Assembly: GCA_030390025.1 (NCBI GenBank)
Contig: CM059438.1
Span: 69,628,001 to 69,692,000 of the forward strand
DNA from: Squalus acanthias
Taxonomy: Eukaryota
Direction: 5' to 3'
Length of the DNA stretch: 64,000 nucleotides
Below the pieces are notes generated by a model. That model ran no database searches. It had not been told where the DNA came from and worked only from the letters and a program-made list of their open reading frames with translations. Positions 12,793 through 26,030 of the stretch are shown piece by piece. The stretch's first letter is position 1. Each line of letters begins with the position of its first letter. The position numbers were made by a program, and so were the translations under genes.

Positions 12793-14225
12793 TTTTTTAA
12801 CAACTTTCTCAACTTGTCCAGCCACCTTCAAACTTTTGTGTACATACATCTAGGTGTCTCTGTTCTTGTACCTCCTTTAAAATTGTACCATTTAGTTTAT
12901 ATTGCCTCTCCTATTCTTCCTACCAAAATGTATCAATTCACACTTCTTTATGTTAAATTTCATCTGTCACGTGTCTGCCCATTTCACCAGTCAGTCTATG
13001 TCCTCCTAAAATCTGTTACTATTCTTCTCATTGCTTACTACATTTCTGAGTTTTATATCATCTGCAAATTTTGAAATGATGTCCTGTATACCCAAGTCCA
13101 GGTCATTAATATATATTAAAAAGAGCAGCTGTTCCAAAACCGACCCCTGTGGAACATCACTGTATACTTCCCACCAGTCTCAAAAACGACCGTTCACTCT
13201 CTGCTTTTTGTCCCTCAGCCAATTTTGTATCCACACTGCCACTGTCTCTTCAATCCCATGGCCTTTAATTTTGCGAACAGGCCTATTATGCGGTACTTTG
13301 TCCAAAGCCTTTTGAGAATCCAGATACACAACATCAACCACACTACCCTCATCAACCCTCTCCATTACTTTATCAATGAGCTCAATCAAGTTAGTCAAAC
13401 ACGATTTGCCTTTAACAAATCCATGCTGACTTTCATTCATTAACCCATATTTTTCCAAATGGCAATTAATTTTGTCCCAGATTATTGGCTCTAAAAGTTT
13501 CCCCACCAGTGATGTTAAGCTGACTGCCCTGTAGTTGCCAGGTTTATCCTTCTCCTTTTTAAACATGGATGTAACATTTGCAATCCTCCAGCCCTCTGGC
13601 ACCACCCCCCATATCTAAGGAGGATTGGAAGATTGTGGCCAGAGCCTCTACAATTTCAACCCTTACTTCCCTCAGTAACCCAGGATGCACCCTATGTTCC
13701 CTGTAACTTTTTTTGGCCCTGCACAGCCCCTTTAAGGGGTGTGTGGGCCATTCAAAATACAGTGCATGCGTGGTTTTTACATTGAAATGCCAGCAAGCCA
13801 GTTGCGCGGGTTCCCTGGAGCATTGCGTGGCCGCGCACGTTACAGGGAACACTGGTGCACCCCATTGAACTGGGTGATTTTTCAAAGACTACCAACCTTT
13901 TAAGTACCTCCTCTTTACCTATTTTTATCCTATCCAATATCGCTACTACCTCTTTCTTTACTGCTACATTGGCAGCATCCTCTTCTCTAGTGAAGACAGG
14001 TGCAAAGTACTCATTTAGTACCTCAGCCGTGCCCTCTGTCTCCACAAGAATATCTCCTTTTTGGTCCCTAATCGGCCCCATCCTTCCTTTGGCAACCCTT
14101 TTACTATTCATATGTTTGTAAAAGACTTTTGGGTTCCCTTTTATATTAGCCGCTAATCTATTCTCCATACTGTCTCTTCACCTCTTATTCCCTTTTTTAC
14201 ATATCCTCCACTGTTTATAATCAGC
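12793..14225 (-). mobile_element. CR1 ORF2 internal fragment (same subfamily as 34800-36010)
   Basis: ENRLAANIKGNPKVFYKH, QHGFVKGKSCLTNL and VPQGSVL motifs, closely similar to the copy at 34.8-36 kb. Confidence 0.9.
13693..13854. mobile_element. Small hAT-type MITE inserted into CR1
   Basis: TIRs TATGTTCCCTGTAA / TTACAGGGAACACTG and 8-bp TSD ATGCACCC/GTGCACCC (13685-13692, 13855-13862). The host CR1 frame is contiguous across it. Confidence 0.75.
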
Positions 14226-14434
14226 TAGGTTCTCTACTGTATTACTAATCTTACATTTGTCATAACTACCCCTGTTCTCAGTGAGCTATTTAAAATATTC
14301 ACCAGGGCATCATAAACAACCTCTGCCATTTCTTTCAGTACCTTACCATAAATTAAATGTAGTACTGGTGCTTTTTCCACCTTGAGACCATTTCCCTGGA
14401 GATGAGCAAGAACCAATCACAGTCTCAATCTTAC

Positions 14435-14962
14435 TTTTTTTAACTTAATTATTCATGGGATGTGGGTGTTGCTGGCAAGGCCAGCATTTATTGTCCATCC
14501 CGAATTGTCCATGCCCTTGAGAAGTTAGTGGTGAACCTGCTCCAGTCCGTGTGATGAAGGTAGGGAGTTCCAGAATTTTGAAGGAATGGCGATATATTTC
14601 CAAGTCAGAATGGTGTGTGACTTGAAGAGGAACTTGGAGGTGGTGATGTTCCCATGCGGCTGCTGCCTTGTCCTTGAAGGTGGTAAAGGTCGCGGGATTG
14701 GGAGGTGCTGCCGAAGAAGCCTTGGTGAGTTGCTGCAGTGCATCTGGTAGATGGTACACACTCTGGCATGTTGGGCTGTTGGTGGAGGGAGTGGATGTTT
14801 AAGGTGGTGGATGGGATGCCAATCAAGTGGACTGCTTTGTCCTGGATGATGCTGAGCTTCTTGAGTGTTGTTGGAGCTACATTCATCCAGGCAAGTGGAG
14901 AGTATTCCATCAAATTCCTGACTTGTGCCTTGTAGGTGATGGAAAGGCTTTGGTGAGTCACA
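14435..14962 (-). mobile_element. 3' fragment of the LINE family at 2800-5105
   Basis: YKAQVR.MEYSPLAW motif and the shared 3' end GCTGGCAAGGCCAGCATTTATTG. Confidence 0.85.
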
Positions 14963-15761
14963 AGCCACAGCTTATCTTATCCGAAAGGGGCAGATCTAAC
15001 CATCTCACAGTTAAGAACAGATGCAAAGTATCTGTTCAACTCTTGTTCCCTCATCAACATTTATAATCCTCCCAAGTCATTCTACAATGGTCCCATTTGC
15101 TGTCCAGCTGACCTCTGATTGAATATGCAAATCCAGAACAAGCCTATCAATTAGTCACAACCAAAAGTCCAGTAGCCTTTAGCAAATGAATAGTGATGTT
15201 CAGAATTTGATTGGAGCTTTTACATTGTTGTTCAAAATGATCGTGTTAAAAATTTAAGGGCTAAAAATATGGTTGTGTATTACCTGTTGTTTGGGTGCTA
15301 CGGGTGCTGAATTGGGACCCAAATGGCATCCGAGCAGTGCGCGCAAACTTCTGTGGTGTGGGTCGCGCCGGACACCTCTTGGTGAAGGCGGTAGGGCGGC
15401 CGTTAGGAGCATGCGTTGGAAGTATGGTAAGTGGTCAGATTGTGACGTCAATCAGCGTGCAGCACTGATTTGACGCCAGCGCTGCCATTTTCGTCATCAT
15501 CGCTGGAGCTAACACCCTCTCTTAACTTCGCACAGCTGAACATGCGCTCAGCAGCAGGAAGGGCCCCCACCAGCGCTATTTAAAGGGATCATCACCAACT
15601 TTCAGGTAACTTGCTTTTTGATTTCTACTGGCTCTCTGTGTAAGTCTGTGGAAGTGTTTGCAGCTTTCTGGAGTTGTTTAAAGTTGATGAGGTGACGGGG
15701 TGGTACTGCAATTGGAGAAGATCTTGCTTCTGAACTCAAGGGTTCTGATTTGCTCCCAGTC

Positions 15762-16880
15762 ATGGATGCTCTAGTTGTCATCCCCCTTGGCCTGCAGCAT
15801 GACAGGGAGATGGAGCAGAGGCACCAAAGAAGAGGACAAGCTGCTCTCAGAGGGAGGGGGGAGAAGGGTTCTCAACAGGAGGCCACCTAGGATCTTCCGA
15901 GAGCAATTCTCTTACCTCAACCTGAGCCAGGAGCAGCGTGTGAGGCATCTACACTTTATGAAGGAGGTGCTCACAGAACTCTGCCACCTCTTGCAACCAG
16001 ACTTGCAGCCTTACTCCAGGGCAAGGACAGCGCTGCAAGTGGCCGTGAAGGTGACCGTGGCTCTGAACTTCGTCGCGTCGGGATCCTTCCAGGCTGGAAC
16101 AGGCGACATCTGTAACATCTTGCAGTTCACCGTCCACTGCTGCATAAGAGAGGTGACAGAAACTTGTTATGTCAGGAGAGGGGACTTCATTGTCTTCTCT
16201 CTGACCAGAGAGAAGCAGGCGGAGTGTACACGTGGCTTTGCCAGGAGAGCGGACTTCCCCATGGTGCAGGGCGCTATCGACTGCACGCACATGGCTTTGA
16301 GGGGGCCGCTTCCAACTGCTGAGATGTGCCGCAATTGAATGTGCAGTTGGTGTGTGACCATGCTCAGCACCTCATAATGGTGAATGCCCAGTATCCTGGC
16401 AACAGTTAGGATGCTTTTAATCTGCGCCAGTCTGCTGTTCCCTCAGTCTTTGAGCCAATAAGAAAAACCAGATGGTGGCTACTGGGCGACAAGGGCTATC
16501 CCTTGACCACCTGGCTCATGACTCCACTCCGCAACTCAACCACACGTGACCAACATGCGTACAATGAGAACCATGCCGCCACATGAAACATTATTGAGCA
16601 GATCATTGGGGCGCTGAAGCAACAGCTTCACTGCCTGGACCACTCTGGATGAGCGTTACAGTACTCACCGGAACATGTGTCCTGATTCATGGTGGTCTCC
16701 TGTATCCTCCACAACCTGGCCATCAAGAGAGCATGGCCCTAGTCAGCAGGGAAATGGCCACCAACTCAGGAGGAGGAGGCAGAAGATGAGGAGGCGGAAG
16801 TGGAAGAAAGCAGGGAAACCAGACAGCCCCTTTCTAACCGGGATATCTGGAATCGAAACATCCGCCTGCAGTACCAGTGA
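15762..16880 (+). pseudogene. Harbinger (HARBI1-like DDE) transposase, disrupted
   Basis: VAVKVTVALNF.ASGSFQ, VQGAIDCTH, WLLGDKGYPLTTWLMTPL, IIEQIIGALKQ, with stops and deletions. Confidence 0.9.
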
Positions 16881-17046
16881 ACACAACCCCAATTCCCCAT
16901 TCAACATTAGTCCCACACCATCACAGCGTTCTCTTGGCCACAATGCTGAAATAAAAGCCACCACAAAGCAAACATTCCAATGCAACTTTATACATCTATC
17001 CATCCAATATCACATCAAAAAATCAACTAATCACCCTTGTGCGTTC

Positions 17047-19010
17047 CCTTAGTGGCTGCCTTGCATGTGCCTTTCTTTATCCTGGTGCTCCTACGCAATG
17101 CTACCCCTAGTGGCTGCAGCATGTCTGCTGGAAGGCTGCTGACTTTCAGTGGGGGAGACTGCAAATGGCCTTGCAGGACGACCTCGAGGAGCTCTGGGCC
17201 TAGTAGGTCCGGCTTCACACTGCACCAACTTGTCACGGGCGGCAGCAGTCTGGGCTGGCTTGCTGACGGGCAACAGCAAGGGCACGGGCACAGTGGCAGT
17301 GACAGGAGTACAAATACTGCCTGGAGTACAGACTGCTGGACTACTGTGACTCCCTGCAAGCCACTTTCAACACTGGTAAACACAGCCATGCTGGCAGCAG
17401 CCTGTGCTTGCGTGGCAGCAAGCTAAGCTTGCATGACTTCGGTCTGAGCTTCTATTGTAGCACTCCGATGTTGGTTGGCTTCTGCTTGTGCTGCAATGGA
17501 AACTGAGACTTCGGCCATCAGATGCGGCATGAAGATTGGGTGCACAAGTGCGTTAATGGATCTGCCCTCCCCTTCCACGCTGGAAAGGATGGGCTGCAAG
17601 CTCTGCCCAAAGCTCCGTGCAAGGCTGGAGCTGGACTCCTCCATGCTCCTTTTTTGTTATTCGCTCCTGGGATGTGGGTGTTACTGGCAAGGCCAGCATT
17701 TATTGCCCATCCCTAATTGCCCTTGAGATGGTGGTGGTGAGCTGCCTTCTTGCACCGCTGCAGTCCGTGTGGTGAAGGTACTCCCATAGTGCTGTTAGGG
17801 AGGGAGTTCCAGCGATGATGAAGGAACGGTGATATATTTCCAAGTCAGGATGGTGTGTGACTTGGAGGGGAACTTGGAGGTGATGACATTGCATTCAGGC
17901 TTTCTGGCAGGCCCGTCAATGCACCAAGCATTTCATTGTGCATACCCATCAGCGTTCTTCTTTAGACCGCCCCATCGACGTCTTCAGCTGAACTCGTGTG
18001 CGACCTCGTCCTCCGGGGAGCTGGCACCTACGCTACCCTTTCCCCCCTGCCCTGGCTGCAGGCCACTCGTGCCCATGTCTCACCACGTGCAGATCCCACG
18101 TTTAACCTATCCTCACGCATTAGTATCAGAGCTGGTGGCTCTCTTCTTGTTCAACCACTGGCTGGGCAGGCTGGATTTCTTGGTTGTCTGAAATGAGAAA
18201 AGCTTGTGGTGAGGGGAGGCAGGGCTGGGGGCGGGGTGAAAGCAAGAGGTGCATGCTTACACCCTGTGCAGCTTGTAAATCAGAAGAGATTGTGGGATGA
18301 GGGGGAAGTGGGATGTGAAAAGGAGGATAACGTATGAGGATACCGGTATCTTGTATTCTTTTAGCCCTGCTGCTGGCCAAGGGCTCAGCCATGCCCCTGT
18401 CAAGAATGGCCAGTGCCGTCTCCTCCATGGGGTGAGGTCATGCAGGCGAGCCTGTTCCCCTGTTGGTTAAGGTCTGCTGGCACTGGTTATTTGCCACCTT
18501 TTCCTGCAAGAGAAAGGGAAGTATGTCAGTGAGCGTAGTATAATGTGTTTGGGGGTGTGGCTGTCATGGTTGAATAGCTGACAGTGTATTCAAGCTGTGA
18601 GTGTGAGGCTTGTAGCAGTGCGTGCGGGTGAGGTGAAGCTATGAATGTGAGGTGTGAGTCGTGTTTGGTAGAGATTATCGGCAGGTGATTGATGGGGTTG
18701 TGGTGCATTGAGCATTGTGAGGCTCGTGGTGAAGATGATGGGATGTGGCATTTGAAGATGACTTCACTGACCTTGGCCACTCGTGTGAGGTCATTAAACT
18801 TCTTCCTGCACTGAGTCCAGGTTCTCGGGGTTACACTGCTGGAATTTACCACAGTGGCTATCTGCTCCCACTGCATATGGTCCATTGCCTGGAAGGCTTC
18901 CTTACCCCCTGTGGAAAGAGGACGTCTCTCCTGGAGTTGACCTCCTGGATCAAGCCATCCAGTGCTGCATTGGAGAACCTAGGTACACGCAATCTCCCCT
19001 GTTGTGCCAT
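17047..19010 (-). pseudogene. Harbinger Myb/SANT-like DNA-binding gene, three exons (about 18772-19010, 18344-18503, 17047-18187)
   Basis: PRFSNAALDGLIQEV..WEQIA..RTWTQCRKKFNDL with GT/AG boundaries. It has frameshifts and a LINE insertion in exon 3. Confidence 0.8.
17650..17888 (-). mobile_element. LINE 3' fragment inserted in the Harbinger Myb exon 3
   Basis: Matches 2815-3050 (CTGGCAAGGCCAGCATTTATTGCCCATCCC...). Confidence 0.85.
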
Positions 19011-19519
19011 CATTACAACTTTGTCCACTGTCTTCCCAGCCACTTCAATCACCTGTTGCAGGCAGAAGGCACCTCCCCATTAAGAGATGCAGACTGCCTT
19101 TATGTAGTGCAGGCTAGCTTTATTTGGAACTAGCCTTGCACGAACTTAGGTCCCCCTTCTGAGTATTCAGCCACAGTTCTCCGAATGGGCACGGGTTGTC
19201 ATCGCATCGCGATCCCTGCGCCCGTTTGCAGGGGTTACCTAATTTCTAGGCCCTCGGTTTGAAGGATTTAAGGTAACACCAACTCTTGCCTCATCTTCAA
19301 CTAACAGTGATTCCATGTGTATTTCTTTTGGAAAAACCTAGATAAAAGGCAAACACCCAGAATGTAGGGTATCCACCTGCATCAAAATTGAAAAGTGTGG
19401 AAGAGAATTTGAGGTAAGTCAGCAGGTCATGGTTAGGTAATATCAAGCTTGATTTTTAAAGGCCTGCAGATTGGAAGAGGAAGCAAAGACTGAGGGAGGT
19501 AAGGAGTTATAAGGTCTAT

Positions 19520-20568
19520 AGTTGTGGTTGTTGTTGTCGGAGGCCAATCATCTAGCCCCAGGACATTGCTGCAGGAGTTCCTCAGGGCAGTGTCCTAGGT
19601 CCAACCATCTTCAGCTGCTTCATCAGTGACCTTCCCTCCATCATAAGGTCAGAAGTGGGGACCTTCGCTGATGATTGCACAGTGTTCAGTTCCATTCGCA
19701 ACTCCTCAGATAATGAAGCAGTCTATGCCAGCATGCAGCAAGACCTGGACAACATTCAGGCTTGGGCTGATAAGTGGCAAGTAACATTCACGCCACACAA
19801 GTGCCAGGCAATAACTATCTCCAACAGGAGAGCGTCAAACCACCACCCCTTGACATTCAATGACATTACCATCGCCGACTCCCCCAACATCAACATCCGG
19901 GGTTCACCATTGACCGGAAACTTAACTGGACCAGCCACATAAGTACTGTGGTTACAAGAGCAGGTCAGAGGCTGGGTATTCTGCAGCGAGTGTCTCACCT
20001 CCTGACTCCCCAAAGCCTTTCCTCCATCTACAAGGCACAAGTAAGGAGTGTGATGGAATACTCTCCACTTGCATAGATGAGTGCAGCTCCAGCAACACTC
20101 AAGATGCTCGACACCATCCAGGACAAAGCAGCCCGCTTGATTGGCACCTCATCCACCACCTAAAACATTCACTCCCTCCACCACCGGCGCACCGTGGCTG
20201 CAGTGTGTATCATCTACAAGATGCACTGCAGGTACTCACCAAGGCTTCTTCAGCAACACCTCCCAAACCCGTGACCTCAAGCACCTAGAAGGACAAGGGC
20301 AGCAGGCGCATGGGAACACCATCACCTCCGAGTTCCTCTCCAAGTCACACACCATCATGACTTAGAAATATATCGCCATTCCTTCATCGTCGCTGGGTCA
20401 AAATCCTGGAATTCCCTACCTAACAGCACTGTGGGAGTACCTTCACCACACAGACTGCAGCGGTTCAAGAAGGTGGCTCACCACCACCTTCTCAAGGGCA
20501 ATTAGGGATGGGCAATAAATGCTGGCCTTGTCAACGATGCCCACATACCAGGAATTAATTTTTTTTAA
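19520..20568 (+). mobile_element. LINE RT/3' fragment, same family as 2800-5105
   Basis: GVPQGSVLGP, FADDC and WADKWQVTF motifs. Reverse complement of about 2813-3845. Confidence 0.9.
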
Positions 20569-20611
20569 AGTCCATGGAAGAATATGTTAGATTAGGAATC
20601 AATGTGAACTC

Positions 20612-20990
20612 CATGCAGTGCTGAGGGAGTACTGTACTGTTGGAGGTGCCGTCTTGCGGATGAGACGTTAAACCGAGGCCCCATATGTACTCTCAGGTGG
20701 ATGTAAAAGATTCCATGGCACTATTTTGAATGGGGGGTAGGGGTGTTGTTGTAGAAAAGAGAAGGGTGGGTGAGTTCCTGGCCAACGTTTATCCTTTAAC
20801 TAACGTTACTAAAGCAGATTATCTGTTCATTATCATATGCTGTTTGTGGGAGCTTGCTGTGTACAAATTCACTGCTGCGTTTCCTGCATTACAATACTGA
20901 CTATATGTCAAAAGTACTTTTTGGCTCGAAAGTGCTTTGGGACAGCCTGAGGTTGTGAAAGGTGCTATATCAATCCAAGTCTTTATTTTT
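20612..20990 (+). mobile_element. Deu-domain SINE
   Basis: CTGAGGGAGT.CTG.ACTG..GGAGGTGCCGTCTT.CGGATGAGACGTTAAACCGAGGCCCC core and L2-like tail GTGAAAGGTGCTATAT. Confidence 0.8.
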
Positions 20991-22729
20991 TTTTCTTGTC
21001 ATTTTAGATGACCCAGCAGAACAGTTCTATTTTCCTTTTTTTATTTTCTGGGGAAAAAAAATTGATTTTGTTGCAGTAATTGACTGAAATTCACATTATT
21101 TGCTGTTAACTGAAAGTTGCAATGACTGGCAAGGAAAACATTATTCTTCCCTGTCAGTTATTTCATTTTTTTTTTTACATTTGATGATTGTGAGTTGTTG
21201 CCGCTAGAAACTGTCCAGCTGTAAATTCAGGAGAGCGAAGAACATAAAGTGCAATTGCTGACCATTTCAAGTAACTTTTATCTGCAGGAAATCGAGCAGA
21301 GGTCCAGAATGGATGGACTCATTAAGTGCTTCCCATCCAGATCACTGCACAGTGGGACATAGTTGAGAGCAGCTCTGAGTCTGGTGTGACTGAATCTCAA
21401 CAATATTTGAAGCGCTTATGAAATGCCCCCCTTTTGAATGTCTTGAGGTGTCACCGCTCTCCGGCATTTGCCTTCGGACAAGTGGGCCAAACATATCTTG
21501 TTAATAGTGGGACCTACACGGACTCAATTTTATGCTGCATCACCGTATCTCTTATTAGTTTCAACTAACTATCTGACTAATCAACTAGCTTGAAGCTTTC
21601 TCTTTGTGTAGGCATTAGATAATCGTAGTGCACTTTATGCAGCACAACATCTTGGCACGTATTAACACTCAGAATGTTGTGCAGTGAGTTGCCTGCACAT
21701 TCTGTTGTTTAATGATCAGGCTGCAAGTAGTTCTGCACCTGCCATGTTGTGAGGAATGTATGTTTTATCTATTCAGGTGAATTACTTGATGAATACACTA
21801 CCGTAATGTACTGTTGTTGATTATTTGTTTCACTGTCATTCCTAAGTTAAGTAAAAGAATATTTAAAAGATACCGACCATGTCATAATTTACCAGTGGCC
21901 AGAGCAGTAATAGATGTCGCAACAGCATCCCTGGGTTAATTGGTCCAAGATCTGTACACCATGGAGTTAGAATGAGACTGTGCCAGGGAAACAGGCTGAG
22001 AACCAAAGATGGTTGTCACTATTTTACAAGTCCAGAGCCTTAGGGCTCGATTTTGCCAGGCCCAAGGAGGCGGGATTGGAGTGGTAAAATCTCAAAAAAA
22101 GGCGGGCGGGCCCGATCCCACCTCCATCCCGCCTCCGAGCAATTTTCCCACATGCGTGTTTTCTGACTCCGTTTCCATCCCGCCTCCAAGAGGCGGGATA
22201 GGCCCTTAAGGCCCTTAACAACCACTTAATTGCCTCTATAATCCCATTTTGAGAGGCCTTTCTGATTTTAACACTTTTCCCACGTGCTGCACGTCTCCTC
22301 TGGAACACGCCAGTGAATCCTGGCGGCATCACAAGTGGATTGCTTACTAACAGCTGCAGCTCCACCATTAAAAAGGAGTTTTCAGCAATCATCATTTACA
22401 GGTGGCAGAACCTTGTTGTCTCAGGTCTGGGGGAATTTTTAGCAGGCCTACTCATTGTTCTGGAAGTTTGGAGCCTGACACCCATCTCCAGTGTGACCTC
22501 CTGCGAAACCCCTCTCCCCACCTTGAATGAGCGCTTCCTCAACTGAGGTATATACCAGAAGAATGGGAACCATTTATTTCCTTTCCTCCTGACATCAGAT
22601 TCGGTCGAAGACCAGCCACGGCAGCAACAGAACTCTGAACAACAGCAGCACCAACTGCAGGAGCAACAGCAGGAGCTCCAAGCTGCTGCTCACCCACCTG
22701 AAGCTGCACAGGCCAGAAGGCGCCAGCGC

Positions 22730-23797
22730 ATGGAAGCACGTCGGCGCAGGAGATACCCCCAAAACAGGGTCTACAGACAGAGGATGAGCTACCTCAACGT
22801 GACTGAGCAGCAGTGCCAAAGGAGGCTCAGACTTTCGCGAGAGGTAGTGGGTGACATCTGCGCAATGCTGCAGCAAGAGCTGGAGCCCAGAGGAGCAGGT
22901 GGACACCCCTTACCAGTGGCCGTCAAAGTCACAACCGCACTCAACTTTTTTGCTTCAGGCTCATTCCAGGGATCAGCAGCAGACATCAGCGGCGTCTCCC
23001 AGGCGGCCGCACACACTTGCATCACGCAGGTAACCGATGCCCTCTTTGCCATCTTTCATAATTACATCAATTTCTCCAAGGATCAAGCCAGTGTAACTGC
23101 ACGTGCGGTTGGGTTTGACAATCTGGCAGGCTTTCCAAGGGTGCAGGGCGTCGTTGACTGCAAACATGTGGCCCTTAAGGCACCCCATCACAATCCAGGT
23201 ATTTTTGTCAACTGCAAGGGCTTCCACTCCCTCAACGTACAGCTGGTGTGTGACCACAAGAAGGAAATTTTGCATGTTTGTGCCAAGTACCCTGGCAGTT
23301 GCCATGTCTCCTTCATCCTGCACCAGTCTAGTGTGCCTCCGCTCTTCAGTCCGCCAGACCAACTTTTCAGATGGCGACTTGGAGACAAGGTCTATCCCCT
23401 GAAGACGTGGCTAATGACGCCATTGAAGAGCCCATCTAACGAAGCTGAGGAGCGTTACAACTCCAGCCACATTTCCACCAGATCCATAATCGAACAAACC
23501 ATCGGCTTGCTGAAGATGCGCTTCAGATGCCTTGATAGATCAGGTGGAGCCCTGCAGTACTCAGCAGCCAGGTTCTCCAGAATGGTTGTGGTCTGCTGTG
23601 CAATTCACAACATGGCACAGCATCGTGGCTTGCAGATGCCTGAGGAACAAGTGGCTCATCACATAGCCTCCTCAGATGAGGAGGAGGAGAGCGACAGCGA
23701 ACAGCTTGCAGAGGCACATCCACCAGCGGCAGCAGCATGCGAGCACATTGCTGCCCGGGATGCAAGGGATGCACTCATCTTGGCCAGATTTGCTTAG
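22730..23797 (+). CDS. Harbinger DDE transposase (HARBI1-like), open 355-aa core; the true start is probably upstream (ATG 22563, frameshifted)
   Basis: Catalytic D (GVVDCKH), D (LGDKVYP) and E ([16 protein letters not shown]), plus CCAIHN and an acidic tail. The frame stays open upstream through a Gln-rich stretch. Confidence 0.9.
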   Translation: MEARRRRRYPQNRVYRQRMSYLNVTEQQCQRRLRLSREVVGDICAMLQQELEPRGAGGHPLPVAVKVTTALNFFASGSFQGSAADISGVSQAAAHTCITQVTDALFAIFHNYINFSKDQASVTARAVGFDNLAGFPRVQGVVDCKHVALKAPHHNPGIFVNCKGFHSLNVQLVCDHKKEILHVCAKYPGSCHVSFILHQSSVPPLFSPPDQLFRWRLGDKVYPLKTWLMTPLKSPSNEAEERYNSSHISTRSIIEQTIGLLKMRFRCLDRSGGALQYSAARFSRMVVVCCAIHNMAQHRGLQMPEEQVAHHIASSDEEEESDSEQLAEAHPPAAAACEHIAARDARDALILARFA

Positions 23798-24043
23798 CCT
23801 AGACAATCAAGCACTTTTGCCTCGCAGCTTCTTACCAGACCATCGACAATGGCCAAGAACCTGCGGATTCCTATCACTATGACCACCATACTGACAATTG
23901 CAAGCCACCCTAAGCCCTCAATGTGGAAGTCCCATTTGCGAAATGACACACGCCACAACTTCAACAGTTTGACATCTGCATTTTTTCTCACAACAAGCAA
24001 CTGATGGCATTTCAAAAATAAACACAACATGACACCCAAGTGA

Positions 24044-26030
24044 CTACCCTTGTGACAACTTGTGCATTATCTTCCTCTTACGCGTGCTCCTACATAATGC
24101 TTCCCCTGTGGCTTCAGCAGATGTGGAGGCCCCTTGCTCACTTTCTTGCTGCTCCTGCCTTGACACCTTTGGCGGGCGTCCTCTGGGGTTGCGAGCCTGT
24201 GAGGGCTCAGCAACAGTCTGCTGCTCCTGCAGCTGTGCAGGGGTTGAGACGCCAATCTCAGTTGGGTGGGGACTCTGATGGGGCTCTGACCGAGGGCTCT
24301 GCAGTAGCATGGTCGTGTCAGCGCTTGGAGAGGAGCCCCCACTTCCTTGTTGTCTGCCACCAACATCCCTCTCATGGATCAGCCCCACTTCAGACCTAGC
24401 AAGTGGCTGGACAGCCCCTTTCTGCACTTCAGGGGGGCCATGAGGACCCGTTTCTGCGCTGGAAGTCCTACTCCAGGGGACTTCCATGAAGGTCTGGTTT
24501 CTCTGCTCAATAGCTGACCATCGCTCCTCAAGAGATGTCAGTCTATTCTGAACAATGACCATGTTTCACGACCCTGGCGACTAAGCTCCTCCAGGCCATA
24601 GCCATCCTCTCCTCTACGGTAGCCATCCTTTCCACGGAGGTTGCCATCCTTTCCGTGGTGATGCGTTCATGCGCCAATGCCTCCACAAAGGCTCCGCTCA
24701 TGTTAGCGATGGACTCCTCCATTCGCTCCACACTCGCAGCGACCCTGGAGACAAAACCTGCCAGAGACTCCTGCACCTGTTCTGGAGTTCCAGCACTGCT
24801 CTTCTTCTGGATGGACCCGGAGGCACAGGGTCGACATGCAGCCGAGCCGAGCTGGCAGAGTCCTGCGCCCTCCAACGAGGACTCTCCACTGCTGTCCCTG
24901 TCTCCACCATCTGCTGATGCTCAATTGTGAGTTGTGATACACCAGGTGACAATACTACACTATCTCGCGCAGTTCCCACCGATGTGTGAGTGTCTGCGCT
25001 GGTGCTGGGTGCGCTGAATTCTGCTGACGCTACACCTTCAAAGGTTGCAGCTTCCTCTGAGGAGTCTTGAAGCTCAGGCTCTTCCTCTTGGACAGTGGGG
25101 ACGGGGGCTGTCGATGGTCCAGTGGGGGAGTAAAGGAAAGAGTTGAAGATGTGAGGTAAAGTTTGCATGCACATTGAAATGTACAGATGATCATAAGTCA
25201 ATCTGTTAGACCTTCAGAATCATTATCAGTTACTCATGCAATGTCAATGAGAGAGATGCAAAACTATTCTGTCACCAGCTTGCTGTGATGCACCCGTCTG
25301 TCCGTCTCCCACTTGCGCATCCTCCTCCACTCCCACAATCTCCAGGGCCACCTCCTCCGCAGTGGTGAGCTGGGCTACTGAGGGTGGCCCTCCTCCTGTC
25401 CTCGCCCTCTCCCTCTTATTGTGGGCTCTCTTTTCCTGCAATGAGGGACACAAGTGGAGTTTGAGTGAAAATGAAGGAGTGAGTGTAGAGATTCCATAGC
25501 ATAGATGCTTAGAAGGAGACAAAGATGGAGTGAGGTGCCAAGACCAAGGGCCCTCCCTGTGTGTTGTAAGTTGTTGTCATAGCATCACAGCGATAGGGAG
25601 TGTGAGGGCTGCATAGTCGAATAGTTAAGTGAATGTGAATATACAGAGAGAGGGAATGGGTAAGGGTGCAGGGATGTCAGTGTCAAGTGGGATGTGGAGG
25701 AAGAGGTTGGCAAAGCTGAGTGCTGGTGAGGAGAGGCGATGGGGATCAGATTGAGGGTGATGGGAAAGGCATACTCACTTTTCCTGTGCGGAGAAGGTCA
25801 TGAAACCTCTTCCTGCACTGCAGCCAGGTTCTGCGGCACATAGATATTGAATTGACCTCCTGGGCCACTTGCATCCACGCAGCTTTAGTCTGCTGGGCAG
25901 GCTTTTTCCTCCCTGAGGAAGGGAAGAGCACCTCCTTATTTCATCTTGCTCCCTCCACCAGAGCTTGCAGGGCGGCGTCATCGAACCGTGGAGCACACTT
26001 TGGCCTACTGCTGGACAGATTTGCTGAATG
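24044..26030 (-). pseudogene. Harbinger Myb/SANT-like gene, three exons (about 25779-26030, 25276-25435, 24044-25119)
   Basis: APRFDDAALQALVE..AWMQVAQEVN..RTWLQCRKRFHDL | EKRAHNKRERARTGGGPP. There is a TGA at 25941-25943, the exon 3 acceptor is AG>TG, and exon 3 has frameshifts. Confidence 0.85.

Larger units (their letters stand above)
15257..19253 (+). mobile_element. Degenerate full-length PIF/Harbinger transposon (element 1)
   Basis: Imperfect TIRs (GGGCTAAAAAT / ATTTCTAGGCCC), a transposase relic on + and a Myb/SANT relic on - in convergent orientation. Confidence 0.8.

Noticed and set aside
22730..23797. Calling this the host gene HARBI1
   Set aside because: It lies between TIRs with a convergent Myb gene, which is the layout of a transposon, so no gene symbol was assigned.
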